Positions 56,220 through 64,000 of a stretch of 64,000 nt of DNA are shown here, piece after piece. The translations under genes and the position numbers were made by a program. Numbering within the stretch: the first letter of the stretch is position 1; each line of letters starts with the position of its first letter. Under the pieces are notes generated by a model. It did not search any database and was not told where the DNA came from. It saw nothing but the letters and a program-made list of their open reading frames with translations. The stretch is from positions 144,808 through 208,807 of the IMG/VR virus record IMGVR_UViG_3300042566_001512. One strand, written 5' to 3'.

Positions 56220-58304
56220 TTAGGCTAGGTCGGATAGTCTGTAGGCCTTGAGCTCTACAGTTGCAACGGTGGACATTACGTTGCCGTAAATGGAGATAGG
56301 CAGAGTGTAGCTAAATCCGCGAGCGTTATCGGCCTCAGTCTTGTATGCAGCCGGAACGATTTTAAACAGCCCAGCAAAGCGGCCAACGGAACGCTCTTCC
56401 ACGGCACGATTGACTCTATCGAACAGGACAGGGTCTTCCAGTGAAATGGAGCCGCTAAAAAGGCGCCAAACACGTTCTGCGACCTTCTGCATTTCCACGC
56501 AAACCATGGCAAAGAAGAAGCTGTTAAGAACCGACGTGTCGTTGTTGTAAACCGTCTGCAGAGCAGGAATGAAGTAAGTGGAACGGGTAGATGTCTGAAC
56601 CCAATTAAGGCCAACGTCCCAGTCCTTATTTCGCACTTTAGTAGAAGTGAACGTGATGTTTATATCACGGAACATGTTGATTTGATTGTTCGGCGCTTTG
56701 TCAAACAGGGCCTCTTGATTCCAGCGGCCGTTACCGGCGCCCATCATTCTAGAGGACATAGCGGCCAGCTCGATCGTGATGGGTAGCTTTTTCTTGTATG
56801 CGCTATTTTTCAGTACGCCGTATCTACCCATTATAAGACCGCGCATCACTGCGGTGCCAAAGTAATCGCTTTCAGGATAGGACTGAACGCGTGCCATCAG
56901 AAGCAGAGCTGCAGAATTTTCGTTAGCTGCGCTCATCTCCGGGCCACCGACCACGTAAGTAGTCAGAACCACAAAAGTGTCTCTGCGAACAGAAATGAAC
57001 TTTATGAGTTCGTACTTAACTTCCATAGGGAAGCCGGTGTCGTAGATGATGGATTCCGGATACATGGCAGTATCCTGCAGAGGGCTGGTTTCGTCAGCAT
57101 ACGCAGCAACTCTTGCCGCCACTAGATCAGGAAACAGCTCTTCTTCGTCCATGGTGCCGTCAGTGGCTCCTGCTGCGTAAAGGCTAGTGCTTTCGTTCAG
57201 GTATATTGGACTGTCTACATCGGTCACCAGTTCAATGGCGTTATATGGCGCGCCGTTAGAGTTGGTGCCAGTAAAAATGTTTACCATGTAGGCTTCATCT
57301 GTGCCGGTAGCGGAGAAGTCGGTGTGAGCGTCCGCTTGCTCTTTTTCTGCTGCGTATAGATCGCTAAGAATGCTGTCGACGTTTTCTTGATAGACCTTCA
57401 GGCCGCCAAAATCACCATACTTCTTGGGGTAAGCAGGATCGTCCACGTTCTGATATTTGTTCAGGAATATGTCGCCCAAGTACATATCCGAACCGTAGGA
57501 CGGATGAGCCACACCGGGCTTTAGAACGAAATCAAAGAACGACTCGCCGGACTCGGTGAGTACCAGATTTGGGCTGGAAGTGACCTTTGGTTTGCGAATA
57601 GCCGAGACGCGGAAAGGATAAGCCTTGGTGTTGGTTAGAACACCTTCGTCTATGGGAGTGGTAGTGTTCTGCGTCGGTGCAGATAAACGAATGCCCGCCA
57701 GGTTGTAATAAGAGCCGTAGCTGCTAGCCCACCATTGTGCGATAGGGTAACGAACAGATTGAGTGCCGCCATCGGTTTGATCGCCAGGAGTCTGGGATTG
57801 GGTTCCAAACAAGGTCTCATTAGCGCGACTAGTGACGCTGGTAAGAACCCATTTGATTTTGTAACCGGGAACGGTTGCTGCCGGTGTAGCCGGAACCGGG
57901 TCGCCCAATTCATCTACAACGTAGCTTCCATCGGAGTTACGCTGATAGACAGTTACATCGGTTTCCAGAACATCTAGCCACAGCGTGAAGTTGGCACGGG
58001 GGCCAATATCGTCAGGCAGTACGCGCTCAATCATTTGAGCATTGCCCTCTGCGTTTACCTTGTTGGACAGCACGGTTTGGTGAGTAGCCCAGGCTCCTCT
58101 TTCGTCAAACGTTTGATCGCCGTACATTTGGGTGCGAGAATTACCCACCACCAGCTGTGGAGTGGTCGGACCCTTTTGAGCGTAGATGTACACCTTAGGG
58201 AGGTGGGTAGGCAGAACTTCCGGCTCTACCGGCACGGTTCTGGTGGAGAGGTCTTCGGTGCCCCTCAGAATAGTCATGGGAGCAGCGTTTAAAATTTGGC
58301 TCAT
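56220..58304 (-). CDS. contractile tail sheath protein (phiKZ gp29-like)
   Basis: NAAPMTILRGTEDLS, PTHLPKVYIYAQKGP, YDTGFP, RRDTFVV; 694 aa. Confidence 0.92.
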   Translation of the reverse strand: MSQILNAAPMTILRGTEDLSTRTVPVEPEVLPTHLPKVYIYAQKGPTTPQLVVGNSRTQMYGDQTFDERGAWATHQTVLSNKVNAEGNAQMIERVLPDDIGPRANFTLWLDVLETDVTVYQRNSDGSYVVDELGDPVPATPAATVPGYKIKWVLTSVTSRANETLFGTQSQTPGDQTDGGTQSVRYPIAQWWASSYGSYYNLAGIRLSAPTQNTTTPIDEGVLTNTKAYPFRVSAIRKPKVTSSPNLVLTESGESFFDFVLKPGVAHPSYGSDMYLGDIFLNKYQNVDDPAYPKKYGDFGGLKVYQENVDSILSDLYAAEKEQADAHTDFSATGTDEAYMVNIFTGTNSNGAPYNAIELVTDVDSPIYLNESTSLYAAGATDGTMDEEELFPDLVAARVAAYADETSPLQDTAMYPESIIYDTGFPMEVKYELIKFISVRRDTFVVLTTYVVGGPEMSAANENSAALLLMARVQSYPESDYFGTAVMRGLIMGRYGVLKNSAYKKKLPITIELAAMSSRMMGAGNGRWNQEALFDKAPNNQINMFRDINITFTSTKVRNKDWDVGLNWVQTSTRSTYFIPALQTVYNNDTSVLNSFFFAMVCVEMQKVAERVWRLFSGSISLEDPVLFDRVNRAVEERSVGRFAGLFKIVPAAYKTEADNARGFSYTLPISIYGNVMSTVATVELKAYRLSDLA

Positions 58305-58529
58305 TTCTTTGGTCCTCGTTTAAATTGGTTAAGTGATAAAAAATCTTCCGTGGTTTATATTTTGGTTTTACAAAAATACAAAATAAACCCATAATTTATA
58401 GGTTTCACAATATGATCTCTCCTATGTTTACAGCGCGTTATTTAGCTTTTGATGAGTGCATACAATTGCCTCCGGTGTAATACTGGACCATCATTTATTA
58501 TTTTTTTGTTTTTATCCGGAGTAAATAAA

Positions 58530-59510
58530 ATGTCTATCAACGAAACAGCGTATTCCACCACCGCTTGCATGGCCTATAAGACCCAAAACATAGTAGGCAT
58601 AATAGCCAAAGCCATGATAACCGGCAGCGTAAATATTAAAACGGTAAAGCTCAGCAATACGGGGCAAGTCGTTAGAGTGGGGTTAATAGAGGGCGGTAAC
58701 ACCATCAGTGACACTATTCCTTATTTCCACCACCCATTATTCGTGCACGACGTGTCAAAACCAGACGAAGAACCTGTCGTGTTCGTGGACGTCAGAGACT
58801 TTGGCATTTACAATAAGCCACAGCAGCAATTTGTAATTAGAAATAAAGTAGAGTACGTTTGGGCCATAAAGAGGGCAATACTAAACTATATCTGGGTTTA
58901 TGGTAGAAGAGAGACTCTCAGGGATTTGTCCGCTTTGCCTGCGGCTGCGTTTAGCTCCATGATAGCCGAAAGCGTCGGCCGCAGATATGCTCTAGATATG
59001 GCACAACAAACAACCATCCAGGTTCTGTCTTGTTATTTCTATTATTGTCAGTTCACAGACGATAAAGAGTTTGAAGAAATAGAATTCAATAGAGTAGTTG
59101 GGGCAATAGCAAGAAGCACCGGCGTACAAACGGACTACGTTTATAGGGTTCTAAATGAATTACCAGTCATAGAATCTTTAGAGGACTTTTGCAGGTATGC
59201 CAAAGAAAAAACAGAAAGTGTTAGTCTAACGGATTTTAACACGGGTATTCTTTTCTCCATCACTGGAGGAAATTGGTTCGGTACTAATAGTAGAGAGTTA
59301 ATGGCGGTTGCTTTGGAGCATGTGCCGACATGGGTAATGATTGTCTACGGTGGAGTTACTGAGGCCAGTTTCAAAAGATCGGTACTCGCTAAGCTGCTAG
59401 AAAGACTAACTAAAAGGTATTCTTCTGAGACTTTTGCAAAGAGCCTAATATCTTTATTGGGCACTGACGAGGCCCTAGAAGACTGGTTCCGTGGCACTAG
59501 TGGCCTATAA
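58530..59510 (+). CDS. virion structural protein (phiKZ gp28-like)
   Basis: 326 aa from MSINET (GGAG SD); divergent from sheath. Confidence 0.75.
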   Translation: MSINETAYSTTACMAYKTQNIVGIIAKAMITGSVNIKTVKLSNTGQVVRVGLIEGGNTISDTIPYFHHPLFVHDVSKPDEEPVVFVDVRDFGIYNKPQQQFVIRNKVEYVWAIKRAILNYIWVYGRRETLRDLSALPAAAFSSMIAESVGRRYALDMAQQTTIQVLSCYFYYCQFTDDKEFEEIEFNRVVGAIARSTGVQTDYVYRVLNELPVIESLEDFCRYAKEKTESVSLTDFNTGILFSITGGNWFGTNSRELMAVALEHVPTWVMIVYGGVTEASFKRSVLAKLLERLTKRYSSETFAKSLISLLGTDEALEDWFRGTSGL

Positions 59511-59528
59511 AACAGGAAATAAAAGGCG

Positions 59529-62075
59529 ATGTCTGACTTCTTAATAAAAAACGCAATAAATAACATCTGGTGTAATCCAAAACAGGATAATCAAATGGTT
59601 TTGAAGCCCGCTCGCCTCACCCCCTATGGTGGGGTGTGGAGAAGCTGGAAATTCTTGTGGACTAGTTTTAATCTACCCACTAATAACAATAGATATCACG
59701 TATACTCGATAGGTCAGATTAATCCGTTGCTAGTTAACTTGTTTCCTATAACCGATGTGTGGAAAAAGGTATCTGAGTCTTGCATGGCAACAGACACCCT
59801 AGTTGAGATATATACTCAAAAAGGTATACGTTTACCTATTACCCAAATATACTACATTTTCACCGAGGAGAGTAGTTTACTTTTCTGTGTTAGAAAAGAC
59901 GATAAATTATTTTGGGATTTTAACAACGAACCTATTTATATACGTTTATACGATAATGCCTATTTTGAAAGCAGCAGAAACTCAGGCGGGCACATATACG
60001 TAGAAGGCTCTACCGTTAACAGCACTGGCGAAATAATAGCCCATCAGGTAAACTATCAAGCAAAGCGCCAATTACCTGGCAAGGTTTATTCTTTTGTAAA
60101 TGGCTATAGAGTAAACGACATTTCCTTATTAACAGTCTCTATTGGTGACACTGTTGAATTTTACCACGACCCTTCTGTATTCTTCACATACGAATTTGAC
60201 GTTAATACTCTATTGACTTTTGATTCAATATTGGACGTTAAAAGAAAGTATCTGCTTCATCCACTTGGTGGAATAGGTAATAACATTTATTACCAGGATG
60301 ACGTGGATATTTACATATATAACAAAACCACGAAAAAAGGAATTTATTATCATAAAAATTCCGAGGATAATCTAAGAATGGTCACGCATCGCGATTACAG
60401 CGTTAGCGTTCCTGTTATCTCGTCCTTTTTTAACCAACACGTAGAGACTATAGACTACGATAACTCGGTGCTTGAGCTCAACGTTCGAAAATCGGGATAT
60501 GAGCGTCAACTAGTGGATGAGAAACTTAGGATTAAAGAGCTTTATAAGCTAACAGATCAACAAATTTTATCAGCAATGATAGGTGCCGATTCTTCCCTTG
60601 AATACTGGCGAGTAGACGAGCTAGAGAACTCTAACTATTGCAAGGTAATGAGGAGCTCCTTTTCTAGCGTAAATGACGAGCTAGTAAGAAACACATACGG
60701 GTACAATGCGGTAGTTAAAATGGCAGCAGAGCCCGTTATAAAAACGCAAATGTTTAGCGGTCAGAAGATTGCAAAAATGCCATACAAGTATAGACTAAAT
60801 TCTACGGTCTACGAATTCGATTCCAGTGGCTGGCTATCTGAGAAAAGACACCACACTTTAGGGGATGTTTATAACTGCACAGACCCTGACTCTTCTTACG
60901 TAATGGCAATTCAAGGAGAGTCTGCAGATTCGCCGGAAGACTACTATAACGTAGTTAGCGTAAACATGGAACCGAATTACGACTACAGGTTCTATGCGGC
61001 AAATAAAGACAACGTTCATCCAGACACCCAATGGGTAGACGTAACCGGTTCTTCTATGTATGCCGTGGTTGGTAATGTGGCAACTTGGCTGGTCATGGAT
61101 ACCAAGGATGTTCTTGTCAGAAGTAATAAAAAACATTTGCACAAGCGACTTTATCTAAATGCTTTATCTGGAAGTCTGACATTTAACATAACCCATCTGC
61201 AGTACATAGATGGGCAAATGGTAGATGCCGAAATGCAGATACCGATGGGTGAGTTAAAGATATATTTAAACGGCAGGTCTTTAATAAATCGACTAGACTA
61301 CCATGTAGATTTTCCTGTGGTCACTATCGTTAATAAAGAACATTTATTAGACCAGTCTAATCTTCAACAAAGAATAGATTATATTTTTACAGGTTTGTGC
61401 GATAGCAGCCTTGGTTTCTCAGGTTATTCTGAAAGTGGATTTGTGAGAAACGGGTACCTGTCTATTAATAATAGATTCGATATAAGGGACGACAGAGCCG
61501 TAATCATTTCTGCTAACGGAAGAATATACACTAGAGAAGACTTAAAGTTCATAGAAGACACGAATGACTTTGTTTTTGATAGCGAACTAAACGGAAAACC
61601 GTACAGCATAGAGTCCGCAGTGGTCCCCGTTAAAGACTTGGTTGAGACAGATACTTACGAATATAGATCGGACGCTTTGATAGTAGATAATGCAGTTTCT
61701 GATTATCTTACTTTGAAAATTCCTCAACCCGAAATACCGGATTTAAATCCAATACTGAGTTATTACAAACTCTACAGTCCTTTTGTAAGTAAAGTTATAA
61801 TGGCTGTTATTAGTAGCGCAATTGACCCCAATGCACTTAAGGTGCAATATAACGACGATAAAGTAAGAGAGCTAGTACAGCCCTATTTGTATCTATTGGA
61901 TATGGATCCTATTAACGAACAAAACAGACCAGATCCTAATTATTGCATAGTGCATCCGCACGTCCTTTCTAACGTAATAGAGGTAGACGTTTATCAGCAT
62001 AAATTCATTACCAAGGTGGTAAATATTTACGGAAATGGTTTGATTAACTTATCTGGTCACTTGATCATAACTTAA
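59529..62075 (+). CDS. baseplate wedge-like structural protein (phiKZ gp27-like)
   Basis: FLIKNAINNIWCNPKQDNQ start; 848 aa; synteny. Confidence 0.8.
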   Translation: MSDFLIKNAINNIWCNPKQDNQMVLKPARLTPYGGVWRSWKFLWTSFNLPTNNNRYHVYSIGQINPLLVNLFPITDVWKKVSESCMATDTLVEIYTQKGIRLPITQIYYIFTEESSLLFCVRKDDKLFWDFNNEPIYIRLYDNAYFESSRNSGGHIYVEGSTVNSTGEIIAHQVNYQAKRQLPGKVYSFVNGYRVNDISLLTVSIGDTVEFYHDPSVFFTYEFDVNTLLTFDSILDVKRKYLLHPLGGIGNNIYYQDDVDIYIYNKTTKKGIYYHKNSEDNLRMVTHRDYSVSVPVISSFFNQHVETIDYDNSVLELNVRKSGYERQLVDEKLRIKELYKLTDQQILSAMIGADSSLEYWRVDELENSNYCKVMRSSFSSVNDELVRNTYGYNAVVKMAAEPVIKTQMFSGQKIAKMPYKYRLNSTVYEFDSSGWLSEKRHHTLGDVYNCTDPDSSYVMAIQGESADSPEDYYNVVSVNMEPNYDYRFYAANKDNVHPDTQWVDVTGSSMYAVVGNVATWLVMDTKDVLVRSNKKHLHKRLYLNALSGSLTFNITHLQYIDGQMVDAEMQIPMGELKIYLNGRSLINRLDYHVDFPVVTIVNKEHLLDQSNLQQRIDYIFTGLCDSSLGFSGYSESGFVRNGYLSINNRFDIRDDRAVIISANGRIYTREDLKFIEDTNDFVFDSELNGKPYSIESAVVPVKDLVETDTYEYRSDALIVDNAVSDYLTLKIPQPEIPDLNPILSYYKLYSPFVSKVIMAVISSAIDPNALKVQYNDDKVRELVQPYLYLLDMDPINEQNRPDPNYCIVHPHVLSNVIEVDVYQHKFITKVVNIYGNGLINLSGHLIIT

Positions 62076-62099
62076 TAAAATATAAATAAAGGACTAAAA

Positions 62100-63812
62100 A
62101 TGGCAGTAAACCCCCCAAACCTAGGGGGCGTAGTCGGCACCGACAACATCGCCCCCATATACAACCCTTACGACAGATGGCAGACCTGGAATATTAATGA
62201 GGTATACACTGGCACAATTGGCCAAGGTAAGTTCGTGCCAAAGATTGACGACGTGGTTTTTGAGATTGACGGAAACACAATAGTTCGTTATATAGTCAGG
62301 GACATTAACCCTACTACTATGGTTGCCATGCTTCAGCAAGAATCCCCTGTTCAGCCCGATCCACTAACGCCAGAAGATATAATTTTTGGCATTGGTGTAT
62401 CTACTCCAAGCGAGACGTACAGGGTATATATCGACAAGAGCGTAAATCCTTATACGTTGACAATAGACTCACGTAATAAAATATACGGCAGTATGTCCAA
62501 TTACTGCAAGATATTTAAGGGCGTAGATACCTCCAACGGAGGTATTGTGATAAGTCGAATGTACGACACTAACAACATTTTCCTTGGGGAAAACATACCC
62601 CTGGAACTAGTTGCTTATGACAACCTAACTAACCATTCAATAAAAGTAGTTTCTCCAGCATACACCAACGCCGATTTACAAGATGGGGAAATAGTCACGG
62701 CGGTGATCTACAATGATCAAGGCGGGGTAGTATCCAGGCGCCAAATGTTAGCAGTAAATACGGCATACATTCGTTCTCCGGACGCAAGCAAGAAATACAT
62801 AGTAGACATTTCTTTACATTCTCCTTTCTTATCCAGCACTAACGACAGATTAATTGAATACCCAATTAACGTTCCGTTAAATGGACTTAACCTGAAGGGC
62901 CGCGTTACTTATAGTGACGGCAGCTATAGAGAGTATCCGGTAGACGGTACCAGGTTTGCAATATATGGCTTTGATGGGTATTTAGCCACCATAGTGGGTC
63001 AGCGCATTAATCTAGTGCTTAAATACAACATGCAGCCCAACGAGCTCTCGTATGATCTCACTACTGTAGACCCTGCGCAAATCTCTGTCGAGTATCAGGC
63101 CGTGACGCTTAACGTAGACGGTTCATACAACGTTAAGCTTTTTGGTTATCCTGTTTGGGTTGACGACGTGAACGGCTACAGGCTCGAGTGGTTTATGTAC
63201 AACCTAGATAGAAACATCAAGTACAACGTAACTCCTTACGTCACCATAAACTCCGACTACAGACCGTATAACCCCACTCAATACGGGGTGATACAGAGAC
63301 TTAACGTCTCTCTGAATATTCAGAATGCTAACGGATCTTTTAAGAACTATATCCACGCGCAAACGATAGATATAGTTTTAAATAAGAGAGGCTCTGAAAG
63401 ACCTAACAACTGGACGGTCGGTTTTAGTCCTGACCAGTTACCTCGTTACGGCAACGATACGTTTGCCACCGCTTACTTTATCAACACTAATAATTGGCGG
63501 ATACGGGTGGACTGCGAGGCAGCAGACTACGCCACTTGGCTTCAGAGGGTTTATACAAATACAGAACCGCTGTATGACCAGACAACGGAGATTGGTCCTA
63601 TTGAGCCAAACTGGTTCTCTTTAACAATTGGACAGACGGTCACCGAGTACCCAATAAGTCAATGGAATAGTGAAATAATTATAAACGGAACTATTCAAAA
63701 CAACACGAACGTTTATTTAAAGTTCTTTAAACGTAACAACGATACCGATCTTGAACTTGCAGTCGCTGGTATGATTCTGTATTACGTAGACGTAAACAAC
63801 ATACCTATCTAA
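62100..63812 (+). CDS. baseplate structural protein (phiKZ gp26-like)
   Basis: WNINEVYTG...GKFVPKIDDVV, YNVKLFGYPVW; 570 aa; synteny. Confidence 0.8.
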   Translation: MAVNPPNLGGVVGTDNIAPIYNPYDRWQTWNINEVYTGTIGQGKFVPKIDDVVFEIDGNTIVRYIVRDINPTTMVAMLQQESPVQPDPLTPEDIIFGIGVSTPSETYRVYIDKSVNPYTLTIDSRNKIYGSMSNYCKIFKGVDTSNGGIVISRMYDTNNIFLGENIPLELVAYDNLTNHSIKVVSPAYTNADLQDGEIVTAVIYNDQGGVVSRRQMLAVNTAYIRSPDASKKYIVDISLHSPFLSSTNDRLIEYPINVPLNGLNLKGRVTYSDGSYREYPVDGTRFAIYGFDGYLATIVGQRINLVLKYNMQPNELSYDLTTVDPAQISVEYQAVTLNVDGSYNVKLFGYPVWVDDVNGYRLEWFMYNLDRNIKYNVTPYVTINSDYRPYNPTQYGVIQRLNVSLNIQNANGSFKNYIHAQTIDIVLNKRGSERPNNWTVGFSPDQLPRYGNDTFATAYFINTNNWRIRVDCEAADYATWLQRVYTNTEPLYDQTTEIGPIEPNWFSLTIGQTVTEYPISQWNSEIIINGTIQNNTNVYLKFFKRNNDTDLELAVAGMILYYVDVNNIPI

Positions 63813-63855
63813 AGACGGTTAATAATGAAATATTACGAAAAAGATTATTAAATAA

Positions 63856-63890
63856 CATAAATGGTTAGGGTTTAACCCTAACCATTTATG
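63856..63890. terminator. bidirectional hairpin
   Basis: CATAAATGGTTAGGGTT-t-AACCCTAACCATTTATG. Confidence 0.7.
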
Positions 63891-63912
63891 ACGTAATTAT
63901 TAGCATTTTTAA

Positions 63913-63999
63913 TTAAATTGTATATACGACCAAAATAAAGAAAGCTTCATCGTGATTAACCTCAAAGTCATCAAACGACAATCTCAGCCAGATACTCTC
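63913..63999 (-). CDS. 3' end of a gene entering from the right edge
   Basis: ...ESIWLRLSFDDFEVNHDEAFFILVVYTI* converging on the hairpin. Confidence 0.45.
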   Translation of the reverse strand, partial: ESIWLRLSFDDFEVNHDEAFFILVVYTI

Positions 64000-64000
64000 C

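Noticed and set aside
58449-58529. N-terminal extension of the gp28-like gene (similarly 26335-26409 and 24685-24708)
   Set aside because: Downstream ATGs are more plausible (GGAG SD at 58530), and the extensions look like AT-rich intergenic DNA.
1-64000. CRISPR array, tRNA or rRNA genes
   Set aside because: No regularly spaced repeat-spacer units or cloverleaf/T-loop signatures were seen by eye; tRNAscan-SE would be the decisive check.

Overview
A 64-kb segment of a phiKZ-like jumbo phage (Chimalliviridae-type) genome in the standard genetic code. The assignment rests on recalled family motifs and synteny; no database search was run. It carries a tail-fibre/adhesin cassette, PAAR tip and baseplate spike, SbcC-like ATPase, RNase H, UvsX/RecA, muramidase endolysin, a probable spanin pair, a 2288-aa tape-measure/tail lysozyme, virion RNA polymerase (vRNAP) subunits, prohead protease, tail tube, tail sheath and baseplate proteins. 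The main result, invisible in the ORF track, is that the adjacent vRNAP beta' and beta genes are interrupted by six ORF-less group I introns of 290-449 nt. Two tandem intron pairs leave micro-exons of 12 nt (encoding FDGD of the catalytic DFDGD motif) and 11 nt (PKRV). In-silico splicing restores a 541-aa beta' and a 1431-aa beta. Also seen: a 61-bp perfect repeat (putative early promoter plus leader hairpin) driving unannotated 30-37 aa membrane micro-proteins, a family of long intergenic palindromes ending in TATG, and an adhesin split in the middle of a repeat. No tRNA, rRNA or CRISPR array was found.
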